Below, one piece after another: positions 1 through 12,833 of a DNA stretch of 64,000 nucleotides; position 1 is the first letter of the stretch, and each line of letters begins with the position of its first letter. The notes below the pieces were generated by a model. That model was not told the origin of the DNA. It did not search any database and worked only from the letters and a program-made list of their open reading frames with translations. Location: the NCBI GenBank assembly GCA_047967505.1, contig CM106538.1. One strand, written 5' to 3'. This DNA is from Dipteris shenzhenensis. Lineage: Eukaryota. A program made the translations under genes and the position numbers.

Positions 1-1
1 A

Positions 2-739
2 AAAGATACGGCGACAGAAGCGGAGCGTCCCAAACCCAAGATAACCAAAAGTAGGGCTCCAAGAAAGCAAAGCTCGAAGATTACCACACAGGTCGAAGCT
101 CAATCGGAACGCCTCAACCTTGTACAGCCTGCAGCTATGGCGGATTTTCCCAGGCCTCATCCTCGGCGGTCGATCACAGATCAGAGACGCAATCGTAGAG
201 CCGTTCAACGGGAGGAGCAGCCTGAGTTTACTCGTCAGCGAATCAAGCTCAAGACCAAGATGGCCTCGGTTCTGGCAAGCCAATTCGTTTACACTCCCAA
301 CACGAGATATGCTGTCGATATGTTTCAATACATGCATGTCACGGGGCTCAGATCCTTTGCCATAGCGATGGGATTGGAGCAACATACTGCCGAATCGGAC
401 GCAAATGCTGATGTTGTTCGGCTGCGGAACGCTGTAGTCCGGGGTTTGATAGAGAGGAATCAGATGTTGGATGCTCGGCGCGACGCAGGGGCAATCAACT
501 CGCCAGGCAATCACGGCATAATTGCATCCAAGATTGCAGGCGTCTTTCGACAGGCCTTGGAGACATTTAACCCTGGAGTAGGTGAAAATTTAGACAGGTT
601 TCCATTTGATGCAGACTTTGTCGTGGACTTCCTCAAAGCGCAGGGGCTGGACAGCGATGCGATGATAGTTGTGGTGGAATTCATCTTGGGGGAGGTTGAC
701 GGACTGTTTCAGGTAGCTAACATGAATTGCGCATGTTGA
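2..739 (+). CDS. Orphan ORF, at least 245 aa, open at the left edge of the window (MADFPRPH... from 137); function unknown
   Basis: The frame of ORF 137..739 stays open back to base 2 (KDTATEAERPKPKITKSRAPRK...). CpG-rich, no stops, no motif recognised. Confidence 0.4.
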   Translation, partial: KDTATEAERPKPKITKSRAPRKQSSKITTQVEAQSERLNLVQPAAMADFPRPHPRRSITDQRRNRRAVQREEQPEFTRQRIKLKTKMASVLASQFVYTPNTRYAVDMFQYMHVTGLRSFAIAMGLEQHTAESDANADVVRLRNAVVRGLIERNQMLDARRDAGAINSPGNHGIIASKIAGVFRQALETFNPGVGENLDRFPFDADFVVDFLKAQGLDSDAMIVVVEFILGEVDGLFQVANMNCAC

Positions 740-1368
740 GAAGACGATCCATTACGTGCTGCAATAGCTGACGATCCGTTTGTAAGCTCCGAATAATTTG
801 AGTATCCCTTGCGAACGATGATCCGTTTGCAAGCTCTGTTTTGCGCTTATTAAGGATGATCACTTTATTGAGGCTCGTTCGATTCGATTGTTTTACACAA
901 TTGTTTGATTGCCTTCCAGATTCGACAAGGAACTTGAGGTTGATTACAGCTACACCATTTTGCCGTGGCGATGGGGACGAAGGGCTTTTTGCTTTTACAC
1001 ATTTGTTTGAACCAAGTTTCCGAGTGTTGCGTCAAGACGCCATAGATTATCTGTATCCCACAGTTCGTAGCGTATGTCTGGCTTCAACCAGGATGTAGAA
1101 AGGGCTTCGTCGTCTCAGCCAGTCCAGGTGTGTGATGAATCTTTGAACATTGCGACGAAGTAGAAAGCGCTTCGTCGCCTCAGTCTGTCCAGCTTCGAAC
1201 ATTGCGACGATGATCTTTTCACTATAACGATGATCTTTTCGCTTATATATTGAAGTCTCCGAATTCGTCTCTGTCATCTGCTTTTTCTGAGACCTCATTC
1301 CTTCATTCAGAGCGTCCTCATTCGTTCACCACTTACACCGGCGAAGAGCTTCATCCGGGAAACTGTTT

Positions 1369-1530
1369 CTGATCATTAATGCCTTGCTTGCTTGACTCTC
1401 TGAGATTTTTGGAGTTCTGTTTTGCACCAATGCAGTGGTCAAAAGTTGCTCATTCATCTGTTCTGCTTGGCCTGATCATTAATGCTTTGCTTGATTCAAA
1501 CTCTGAGATTTTTGGAGTTCTGTTTTGCAC
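1369..1530. repeat. Imperfect ~60-bp direct repeat, two copies (1369-1427, 1472-1530)
   Basis: CTGATCATTAATGC(C/T)TTGCTTG...CTCTGAGATTTTTGGAGTTCTGTTTTGCAC occurs twice. Confidence 0.85.
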
Positions 1531-3144
1531 AAATGCGGTGGTCCAAATGAGATCGACGACAGGGTCTCCCTAGTAGTCGCTGATGTTGCTCGGATCCTTT
1601 CTCTGCCTCATGCAGATTTGCTGTGGGCAGAGCATCCTCATTTCTTCGTATAGTTTGTTTAAAAATCTGGTTCTATTTTGCGTGGGCTGATCAACGGTCG
1701 GCTATTAATCCTAAGTTGGTCTTCTCAAGAACTGCTTATGATGCCTGCATTATTTCTGAAGTATTCATAGTTGCAGATGTCTAATCAGTTAAAACGTTTA
1801 ATTTGAGGTGCAGGTTAGTCGTGTCTCTGAATCTATAGCTCAACAACATGCTCCTGATAACATACAGTTATCTTTGTTACATGGTTAGCAGTCTTTCATT
1901 GCAGTAAAAAGTAAGATTAGTGGCAAAACGACGTATTTCATAGCATTCACTGAAAGCAAATTAGCTTCTCCATACTTCAAAACTGGGAAGTATTTATGAA
2001 GTCTGGGGTTATGTAAAAACTCTATGAAATCTGGGGTTATGTAAAAACTGTACATCTTTGATTTCATGCACGAATCTCCATAAGGGGAAAAGGAAACATG
2101 TTAATATGGGAAAGGTTAGAGAGTGAGCAAGATCTTATGCAAACAAACTTAGAAACTAATTATGTGTGCCCTTCTTTCCTTATTTTCATATCCATGGGAA
2201 ATGGGTTCATGTACCACTTTGAATGATGAGTACATCACATGTAAACAACATGTAGAACGGATCCATTTCACAAGAGCCAAGATCATACTAAAACAACCTC
2301 AATCTTGTCCCTTATATGGGTGAATCTTTAGGTCACTTCTTCCACTAAGAAACTATCAACATCCTTTATATGGTTGAATGGTTAGGTCACTACTTCTAGT
2401 AAGAAAATAATCAACATTCCTTAATGTAAAATGTCTCAAATTATTGCACTCAACGTAATTCATAAAAGTTTAAATCTCCAAAAGAGGTCCCCCAATAGAA
2501 AAGAGAAAAAGGGAGGAGGGGAGTGAAAGAGAGGGTGGGGGGATAAATAGGAGAGTGATGAAGTCCCTGTATTTATGAGGGAGGGGCCCCCTCTCCGTTT
2601 ATTTAGGAGGATAAAATTTGAAAAACATCTACTTTCTTAATAGTACCTTTTAGTGAGGCCCTATAAGCTCATAGAGGAATTCTTGAGCTCAAATCCCCAT
2701 TTGAATGAAAATTCGAAGCTATCTTACTACAAGGCACAGGCTGTTTTTCGACGAAAATACTGACCTTTTTTTCACTAAAAAGTTCTTTTTTAATGGGTGC
2801 AAAGGTCGGTATTTACGTCACTGTTAGTGTTGAAAAAGAAATATCGCTATACAAGTGTCGCTATATAGCGACTCTAGTAAACGTCATTATATAGCGACAT
2901 TGGTAAAGTGTCACTATATAGCAACGCTTAACAAAAACTAAAAGAAAACATTAGTGGGGCTAAAGAGAGCCACAACAAGCCTTGTTTTGTCCCATTAATG
3001 TTTTCTTTTTAGTAATTACAAAAGAATGTTAACAAGCACACAAGCGAGATAAAACTCTCAAACCTTGTTTGTAACAAAACTTTCCTTGTAAAAGGGGTGA
3101 TACAAAATCGCTCAAATGAGTCGAGAGACACAAGCATATACATG

Positions 3145-4867
3145 TCAAAGATATACAACATTGTTTGTTACAAAATTATCCTTTCGAAAAGGATGATTCA
3201 AAATCGTACTACTACTACTACTACTACTACTACTGCTACTGCTACTGCTGCTGCTGCTACTGCTGCTGCTGCTGCTGCTACTCCTGCTGCTGCCACTGCT
3301 GCCGCTGTCGCCGCTGCTGCCGCCGCCGCTGTTGCCGCCGCTGCTCATCCGAATCATCATGGCTGTCCTCGTCGTCGTTGTGGCTGTGTTGGCTTGATCC
3401 CGGCCCTCCTGAGCTACGCATGATCCCTGGCTCTCGTCGAAGCCGTGTAAGCCAAATCCCTCGTCATCGCCGCTCACCTTTGCTGATGGGACGTTTGAGC
3501 TTGCATCCTAAGAGTAAAACCATATTAATTGGAAATTAGATTGGAACTTAAAGAATAAAACAATTTAAAAAGTGAGATTACAAGTAGGAGTAGACTTATC
3601 CCGTGCGAGCAACCACCTCAACCCAATCGACTGTCGCTCCCATGGCCTCCATCTCAATAAACCACAGTCCTATATGGAACGCGCTTCTCACCTCTTTGTC
3701 TATGGAAAGGCGACCCATCGCAGCTTGTTGTGGGTCCAATTTATGAGAGTTAAATAAAGTGCATGGAATATGTAATAGAACAAATAAAACAATAAATTAA
3801 ATGAGAAGAAGTAGACTTACCACCCATCCTCGAACACCAACTGTCCACCTACACCAAAGTGCAAAGTACTTACAGAGTCTAGCCATCTCCTCGTAGCCCT
3901 CCTCTAACTCTCGAACTTTTTGGGATGGTCCTTGTACTCCTTTAAAAACTTCCAGTCAGCTTTGTCTGCCCAGCTGGGCTTAGCCTTCCCCTTTGCAATG
4001 GAAGTACGCAAGGTTGACCTACGATGCTTCAAGAAAGAACACATGCAGTCTCGCATGTACTCCTCGTTGAACTCCCAATTTGGGGGGTTAGGGTATTGTC
4101 TTTTCAATTTATCGATGACTGCCTTCTTCTTTTCTTCATCTTGGTACCGCTAGTGAGTAGCTATGCCGCTCTTGAAGTGGTGGTTCATCAACTGCCTCAT
4201 GGTGGCCAGCACTTCTGAGTCCTTTTTATTTTCTATTATATCTCCAGTCCTAGTGATTTCATAGTACAAGTCCTTAGGCGGGAAAGGAGGATCATGAGAG
4301 TGGCAGAGCTAGAGCGAGGGGTGTTACTACGAGCGCTTACGGAGCGAGGAGTAGCAGAGGGAGTGGGAGAGGGCAAGGGACTTGACTAGTACTGGGTCTC
4401 ATGACCAAGTGGAGACCTGTAGGGATGTGAGTGTGCTGACTGTCTACATCTCTCGAGTCAGCACAATAGCTTCGACCCTTCCTGCTCTTCCTTCCCTTAC
4501 GATGGATATGCTTAGGTAATGACCCCTCAGTCTAAGGGGCTAGAGGGGACGGTTGTCAAGTAGGTCAAACCATCGGTGTAGGAGAGGAAAGAGCTAAGGT
4601 TCTCTAGGATAGTAGAGAGAAGAATCTCGCTACCTCCGCATCTGTCATTGGTGCGATAAACTTGGCAGGACTCTCGATGAAGCCATGGACTGCTAGCAAA
4701 GGAGTTCCGCGAGGAGTAGTCATAGTGCTAGGCCCGAGGGGAGTCTGGCCAAGGGTAGGGCCCGGGGGAGTTGGTTGAGTGGAATTAAAGTCCTCTAGAG
4801 AGTAGAGATGATGAGGTCTCCTCTTACAAGGATTTTTGTACTCATCAGACGTGCGACGTGATCCCAT
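3145..4867 (-). pseudogene. CACTA ORF2 (accessory, TnpA-position) pseudogene, intron-containing
   Basis: Matches to ORF2 at 25708-27170: DLYYEITRTGDII vs TIYYDITQTGGIL; RQYPNPPNWEF vs SRYPNPPNRQF; STLHFGVGG..FEDGW|gtaagt vs STHFGAGG..WEAQF|gtaagt (same intron position). Pro-rich N-terminus; multiple stops. Confidence 0.7.
3207..3345. repeat. Compound trinucleotide microsatellite (TAC)n-(TGC)n-(CGC)n
   Basis: Directly visible; explains the poly-T/A, poly-S and poly-Y/C ORFs. Confidence 0.95.
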
Positions 4868-5539
4868 GTCTAATTTTATGAAAAGCCAGTTTTGAAATTA
4901 TAAATATTTATGAAAGGCAAGTGTAATCCAAGAAGGTTTTTATATATTAAAAAATATCGCCAAAAATACTATTGTTAAGCAAGAGTTCTCATGTACAAAA
5001 AGAGAGCGCAAAATATATCTCCAAAATTATGCTTAAGCAAAATTTGTCTTCAAAAGACACATTCTCCAAAAATGCCAAAATAGTAGAGGAGGTCTACTGC
5101 TTTGCATTACTGTCCAATGTACTTTCCTCCTCCGAGCCGCTAGGCGGGTCACTCGAGACCTCATCCTCCACTTCTTCTAATATGCAATGATACTCTTCAG
5201 GAATTATGTATTGGGAATCCACATAGGCCTCCACACAACCCATTATGTCCTTTATACAATCATCTTTGGTGCTCCAGCGATCGTGGCGGTCTCTCCAAAA
5301 CCTATGGAGATCCCGTAGGTTGTGTCGTGTGTTCCTCAGTCACGCCTGCTCCTCTACCCTACAGCTTGGACCCCACCCATGTGCACACACCTAGACGTTG
5401 TACTTCACCTAGTCGCTATCATGCACAATCTTCTCTTTTACATGATCTAGCAGAGAATCTATGTCTATAATCTATGAGATGTGGGGAACCGGGTTGGGGT
5501 TTTGGAGGACAGCTGTGGGTGAGGGCGTGGTTATTCCAT

Positions 5540-8500
5540 TTAGAATCGAGAGAGCCATGAAACTGCACCTCCAATGAATGAGAAAACATATCTTGTAGTA
5601 GACCTCCTGGTGTCTACATTCCCTGCAAAATCAGCATCTGCATATCCAACAATAGATGTGTCCTTCCTCCCAAAGAAATGCACATGTTCTTTGTACCATT
5701 CAAGTATCTCATGATACCTTTCACTGCCTCCCAATGCTTCTTGCTAGGATTTGCCATATACTTGCTAACAGCTCCCACTGCAAAAGCAATATCTGGATGT
5801 GTAGCAACCATGGCATACATCAAGCTTCCTACTGCGGATGCGTAAGGTATCTTTGCAATTTCAGCCCGCTCCTCATTTGACTTAGGGCTGTCCACTTGGC
5901 TGAGTTTCACATATGGAGGCAACAGAGTACTTATGGACTTCCCCCTCTCCATATTGAAACACTCAAGTACCTTGCTAATGTACTCTTTCTATGACAAATG
6001 AAGGAGTTTCTTGTTCCTATCCCGAACAATCCTCATGCCAAGTATGTGACTGGCATCACCCAAATCCTTCATGTCAAAGGTCTTATGCAACCTTTTCTTT
6101 AAGGCATCCACATCCAAAGTAGATTTCTCAGCAATAAGCATGTCATCAACATATAAAATCAAAATAAGAAGGCTGCCATCTGATGCCTTCTTTGTGTAGA
6201 GGCAATGATTTGTCTCACTCTGTGTGTACCCTTGGGATCGCATAAATGCATCAAACTTATGATACCACTACCTAGGAGCCTGCTTCAGCCCATAAAGACT
6301 TTTCTGAAGCTTGCATACCATCCATTCTTTGCCCTGCACAACAAACCCCTCTGGCTGCTGCATATAGATGTTCTCATGAAGATCTCCATGTAGAAAAAAT
6401 GTTTTTACATCCGTTTGAACAAGCTCCATGTCCTCTCTAGCAACCAATGCAAGCACTATACGAAGGGTAGTCATCTTCACCACTGGGAAAAAGATCTCAT
6501 CAAAGTCAATACCCATCTCCTACTTAAAACCCTTAGCTGCCAACCTTGCTTTATACTTAGGCAATGCATCTGCTGGAGACATCTTCGACTTGTAAACCCA
6601 TTTGCATGGCAATGCAATCCTTTGGGCAAATAAACCAAATCCCAAGTAGGATTCTTCATCAAAGAATCCATCTCTGACTGCATAGCCTTCTCCCACTTAT
6701 GCTTGTCATTCCTAGACATAGCATCCTCAAAGCATGAAGGCTCACCAAATCTGTCAACATGACATAATCTAGAGATGGAGCATATCTCTGTGGAGGTCAT
6801 GAAACTCTAGTGGAATGTCTCAACACTTGCTCACCATGAGCATCTTGCTGTCCCAACTGATTTTCCTGCATAACCTGAGGTTGTCCACCTAGATGTGGCT
6901 CTCCCACCTCACGATCTATGGGTTGTCCATGCCTTGCATCATGTGGAACAGGTTGTGCATGCCTCTCATATGGTGGTTGTCCATCCTCTTGAAACACCAC
7001 TCTGCGTATCTCAACAGTCTTTTTTGGCTTCTTGTGCATCTTGTCCTCATTAAAGATAATATCATGGTTGAGTACTATCTTCCTGGCCTCTGGATCCCAC
7101 AATCGGTATCCCATCTCACTTGAATCACCATATTCAAGAAAAATGCACTTCCTTGACTTTGGATCAAGCTTGCTGCATTTTTCCTTAGGGATATGAACAT
7201 AAGCTTCACAGCCAAATACACAAAGATGCCCATAAGATGGTGTCTTGCTTGACCAAACCTCTTCTGACACTTTTCCATCTATTGCCTAGCTAGGCGATCT
7301 ATTGATAAGATGTACTGCTGTCTTGATAGACTCAGCCCAAAAGCCATGAGGTAGAGCGGCATTAGAAAGCATGCTTATATTCCTTTCTTGAATAGTTCTA
7401 TTCATCTTCTCAGCAATCCCATTCTGAGAAGGATTCTCAGGAGTAGTCAACTCCCGCTTGATTCCACATAGCTCACAAAAATTCTTAAATGCATGAGAGG
7501 TATACTCTCCTCCATTATCAGTGCGCAAGCATTTGAGCTTCTTGCCCGACTAATTTTCAACAAATGCTAAGAACTTTTGAAATGCATCAAAGACATCACT
7601 CGCCTTCCGAAGAGGATAGACACACCTTCCGTGTAGCATCATCAATGAATGTAGCAAAGTAAGAAGCACCACCCAATGAGATAGTAGGAATAGGTCCGCA
7701 CACATCACTATGAACCAACTCCAATGGTTCAAGCCTCTTCTTGCCCAAAGATTTTTTATGTGAAGACCGTGTTTGCTTCCCATACATGCAATGCTCACAC
7801 ATGCTAAAATTTGAAAAGATAAACACGGGAACATATTGCAAACCAAAAGGTATCTTCAGTCCTGTCATGCTCATGTGTCCCAACCGACGATGCCACAAAG
7901 AGATGGATGGCTGCTCGGTCACATTGATTACATTATCTCTTATGCCTGACACATGCATTGAGTACAACGTTCCATGCTTGGAACCTTTAGCAATCACAAG
8001 TGACCCTTTGCTTATTTTCCATGTATTGTTGCCAAAAAACACATGATAGCCATCATCATCAAGCTATCCTGTACTTATCAAGCTCTTTTTCAGATTTGGA
8101 ACATGCCTAACATTCTTGAGTACAAATGTAGAACCATTAAGAAGAGACAAGTGGATATCTCCCACTCCAACAATGTCACATGGATAATCATTTCCAAGTC
8201 TCACGGTTCCTTTCCTTCTTGCATCATCAATGGTAAACCACTCCCTATGTGGAGTGACATGGAAAGATGCTCCTGAATCTAGTATCCAATTCTGTGACAA
8301 TGCATCATCACTAGTCACAAGAAAAGCATGCTCAAACATAGAGGTATAAAGAATGTCACCCTCATCACTATTGTTACTTATGGCATTCAGTTCCTCTATA
8401 TTGACCGTGGATTTCTCTTCCTTCTTGGGCTACACGTTAGCTTTTCCTTTGCCTTTATCGTTCTTCCATTTGTAGCAATCCTTTTTGAAATGGCCTTTCT

Positions 8501-9239
8501 TCCCACAATAGAAGCATTCCAAATCCTTTTTGGCATGGGATTTTCCTCTAGATTTGCTTCTAGACTTGCTTGTATTTCTGTCATGGTATTTCCCCCTGGA
8601 ATATGACCTCCCTCTCACATTGAGAGCACTTGAACTTTTAGTTCCAGCATTGTTCTTTCTATTTACCTCCTCAGTGAGAAGGCTACTCTCAACATCACTG
8701 CTTGTCAGGCCTCCTGCATGGGCTGAATTGCTTATAGTTGTCCTAAAAGTGTCCCAATTTTCAAGAAGGGTGACCAATAAGAACATTGCCTTAACTGAGT
8801 CATCAAAGGCAATTTTCTGAGCTGAAAGTTGACTAAAAATTGTGTTAAACTCATTTAAATGGCTGGACATTGAAGTCCCTTCTTCCATGCGAAGATCTAT
8901 GAGTTTCTTCAGCCAATACACTTGACAAGTGGCACTCTGCTTCTCATAAAGATCATGCAACTTTATCCACACACCATAAGCACCACCTGCAGTATCTTTC
9001 ACATTGAAATACACCGATTTTGAAAGTGTGAGCATGATCGTGGAGCATGCAAGTGCATCCAATTCCTTCCACCCTTCATCATCTTCCCAATCCTCTGGCT
9101 TTATCCCTTTGCATTTTATAGGATTTACTTGCTTCTTCTGCACCAGAACATTGTAGATTTGCTCCTTCCAATAGGAGAAGTTTGTGCCATCCAACTTCTC
9201 AATGTTAAACAATGCATTCTCTAATGCCGAAGCCATCAC
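5540..9239 (-). pseudogene. Ty1/copia (Tnt1-like) gag-pol, frameshifted, no LTRs or PBS found, RNase H truncated
   Basis: Gag KLDGTNFSYWK and zinc knuckle CFYCGKKGHFKKDC; protease WILDSGASFH; LWHRRLGHMS; integrase LELVHSDVCGP, RTDNGGEY, QNGIAEKMNRT; RT LYGLKQAPR, LYVDDMLIA; RNase H GYADADFAG ending abruptly at VSWLSR. Confidence 0.95.
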
Positions 9240-11862
9240 AATATTTAGTTATGCTATCTACCTGAATTAAGTGTAAGCCCCCACGATGAGATATTAAGGT
9301 AACCTACATTAAAGCACGATGACTTATGTCATCTCTCCTGCCATCTCCTCCCTTGCTGCTCTCCACCTCCTACTCTTTCCCTCTCCGCCCCCCCTCTCTT
9401 CCTATCCACCTTTTGCTCCTTCTCCAAATGGCCCTCCCTTTTGTCACTCGCTTCTCAATCCACTTTGCCCTCCTGCCCTCTCTGGCCTCTTGTTTTTGGT
9501 CCTCTGTTCCCCCCCTCTCTGTTCTTTCACCCATCCTTCCCTTCTAGGAACTCATAGAAAAGTACTGATTAGACGACTTCTAGCTGAATGCGCAAGTTGA
9601 TGCTGTCATGTGAGCAAGTTACTGATTGAGTTGATACATGTCCTATCTACACACTCACCTCTAAACCATGAAGGTCTACAGAAATGCAGTGATAGTAATC
9701 AAGCCATACCATTAAGGTCTAAAGAGATTCTACTCTAAAGTGTGAGGATTTGCAACGATGAAAACCAAACCCACATCCAGGGAGATAGTCCACATCGCAT
9801 TCAACAACACTTCTACATCTTGAATTGTTTTGTCATTTGAGTTTTTTCTTTGCTATCTTTTCTTCTCTTTCTTTTGAGCCTAATTCTCTGTGATCTCTTT
9901 GTTGGGTTGAATTTACACTCATTTTCTCAAATTTTTTGCCAGCTTGTGTACAAAGCAACCGTGAGGCCATAGAGGATGAAAGGAGTGTCTCCTCTTTCAG
10001 TGTAGAATAGGACATGGCACTTTACTGTTCGATGGATTGCAGGAGGGCATGTGAGGTAGTCCTGGCTTGGTGGAGGAATGAGAGCATGCCTCCACCAAGC
10101 ATGGCAATGATCAGCTTGATGCGAAGGCATCTCACAAGGTTTATGCTACCTTAGGTAAGGTTACGTTAGGTTTAGTCTTGGTTAGGTAGACTTTTATAGT
10201 GTTGCCACATAATTTTTCTTGTACCCCAATTTTATAAAAAAAATTTTCACTCCTCCCTCCCAAAATCGTCCCTCTAATTTTGCTCTCCCAAATCTTTCAT
10301 TCTCATCCCTCCCAAAATCGTCACATTGTTCCCTTGAATTTCCCTTTTGACTCCCTCCCAAATCTTTAATTCCTCCCTCTCATGCTCATACATGCCCTTT
10401 CCCTCCCGAAATCTTTCTCGCTCATCCATCCTCCTTTGCTCAATGCTTTGCTCTATCAATGTCTTCTTCTTAACTATGTTATCAACATTGTCTACAAGCT
10501 AGCAGAGGAGTTGTGCCACACTTAACAGAATAAGGAAAAAACTTTGATCTATCAACATCATCCAGCCATGCTCATATAGTGTGCTTGTGTGGTGCCCATG
10601 AGTTTTCTTTCAAGACCTTGTTCCTATTGCTAGATATTGTCTTTTATATTTTTGCTGATTCTTTGTTGTTCATTGCCTCCTATCTCAAAGCATTATTTCT
10701 ACTTATCTTCCTTTTGTTCCCTTCTGTTTACTTTAAAGTGCAGCCATTCTCTATTACGAGGAAACTATCACCACACTCCCTGATTCAAACTGATATTTTG
10801 ATTAAGGGATCTACCTTCCTTTTTCCTTATTCAAGATCTCTCTGACAAATTTTTGCAAGTTATAATGTGCCAATTGAAGATGCTCAAATCAAGGTGGGTG
10901 CTGACAAACACAATGCATGCATTAGAAAGCGAGGTGGAAGAAGCGTTGCAGCATAGCAAGAAGCGCAAAGTACACCCATCGGCCCTCTCTTTGCAATAAC
11001 ATCTCTTGCTAAAGGACCTGCTAGAGACAAAATGGCTGCCAATCTGCATCTATAAGAGGTACAAAACTTTGCTCTGTCGTGGTCCCCTTTGAAATTGTAA
11101 TGGGGTTGCAATATGCTTCCAGAAGCTATAGGATAGGCTCCCATTGAATTTGACCAATTCATGCAATCTCAATGGACGCTAGCTACCATGATCTCAAACA
11201 ACTGGCCACCTAATCCCTGAGTCAAGACTACAGCTCTATCCCTCGACTGGTTCTCCCCTCCTCTCTGTGTGTGCATCTTTGCATATATCTTTTACTCAAA
11301 TGTCAGCCTGACTCTTCTTTGATTCAGGCTTCAATCCTAAGCATCAAAATGTAACCCTGGTGCTTCACCTACCTGTAATATATCTGGTTTTATATTATAT
11401 TTCCCATTATTGTCAATCATGAGCCTTGTGGACTTTTGAGGAATCCTAGGAATCTAACATCGTCCATTGGATTCAAGTACTAAATTGGAGGAGGTGGCCC
11501 GAACATCTGATGAAAGGCTATCTTGGCCTATAGAAAGAGTTCACCCAGGGACTGCACATTGAAAACAAAAGAGACAATCACCAAGGTAATCAATAGTAGT
11601 ACCCACTCCAAGATTTGTGGGTCAAGGATCTTGAGGAAAAACTCACCAATTTTAAAAGCTATTTGGCGAATTGAAAGGAGCTATTAAAGGTTGAATGTGA
11701 GAGATGGAGATGTCACAAATTGCAAGTTTGGAGGGAGGAAACAAAGAATGAATTGATAGCAATTAAAGGAAGCATCAAAGTAGACATGGGGAGGTGATCA
11801 GTCCTATTTCAACACCTCCTTTCACCGAAAACATCTTGGCCTAATGCCAACCTGTCGATGAA

Positions 11863-12213
11863 AATTGTTATTTCTCTTCACAATCTTAGAATTGTTAGAC
11901 CTAGACCCTAGTGTTGCTATTTTAGAGCATGCTTTCAAGAAGTAGAAATGGAACTCTATACTATTATCTATCTCAAATGGTGAGCATAAGTTGTTTTCTT
12001 GGCTGCTACATGGGCTATGTGCGATTTCAAAAGATCTCATAAAAATGTGGTATTCAAGATAATTGTTATTTCTCTTCAAGATCTTAGAATTGTTAAACCT
12101 AGACCCTAGTGTTGCGATTTCGGAGCATGCTTTCAAGAAGTAGAAATGGAACTCTATAGTATTAGCTATCTCAAATGGTGAGCATAAGTCATTTTCTTGG
12201 CTGCTACATGGGT
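11863..12213. repeat. Direct duplication, period 198 bp
   Basis: AATTGTTATTTCTCTTCA...TTTTCTTGGCTGCTACATGGG starts at 11863 and at 12061. Confidence 0.9.
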
Positions 12214-12223
12214 TGCTAGGAAC

Positions 12224-12805
12224 TATTAAATTACATGGCACAGTGGAATAGAAACTGAACAAAGAATAGAGAGTACACAACAAATTAGAGAGGAACAAAC
12301 TTTTCCTTCAATACTGATGTAGTACAAATGATGGCTTCGTCCACCCGTGCACTCCCACAGTGGAGCTTAGATGGTGATCTAGACAGATACTAGGTGAAGA
12401 GCTACTAGCTGGAAGATCTGATCTGATTTGAAGTGATCTGATACAATGGACTGGGGAGGTCGCCTCTTTATAGCTATGAGGGCGATAGTCGGATCAACGT
12501 AGTCGGTGGAGTCGACCAGTCGACCTAGTCGGTGGAGCCGACCAATCAACCTAGTCAGTGAAACCGACTAGTCGCCCATGGAATATTCAGGGATTATTCA
12601 GGCCCCAACAAGACTAAGGGGCTCCCGCACAATCACCTTTCTATCATCAACAGTCTCATTGATAGACCTCATTTGACATGCAAGTTAGGATCCATCCATT
12701 GTCTCGGGCTCAGACATGGCTTCTGCTTATATGGGGGCCTTACAACTTGAGCACCTTGGACCACTAGTGGTTACCAGGAGGGTGGGGCATTGAGCATATC
12801 TAACA
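12224..12805 (-). repeat. 3' LTR of the 12224-17335 element
   Basis: TATTAAATTACATGGC...GCATATCTAACA; aligns with 16783-17335 apart from substitutions and two short indels. Confidence 0.93.
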
Positions 12806-12833
12806 CCCCCCTCAATGTCCACCCATAGGTGAA

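Larger units (their letters stand above)
2725..5539 (-). mobile_element. Degraded CACTA-like DNA transposon remnant; right end lost at the copia fragment
   Basis: Possible decayed terminus TACTACAAGG at 2725; inverted pair GACGAAAATACTGACC / GGTCGGTATTTACGTC; palindromic subterminal-type repeats CGCTATATAGCG at about 2845-2925; contains a homologue of ORF2 of the 20572-27752 element. Confidence 0.55.

Noticed and set aside
2099-2724. Solo LTR starting TGTTAATATGGG
   Set aside because: LTR-like composition and a ~55-bp internal duplication, but no second LTR, CA end, PBS or TSD could be placed.
3097-3539. Poly-Ala, poly-Ser and poly-Cys/Tyr ORFs as standalone genes
   Set aside because: All three are translations of one trinucleotide microsatellite.
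10830-11800. Host gene in the degraded coding-like stretch
   Set aside because: Many stops in all frames and no recognisable motif; probably old TE-derived sequence.
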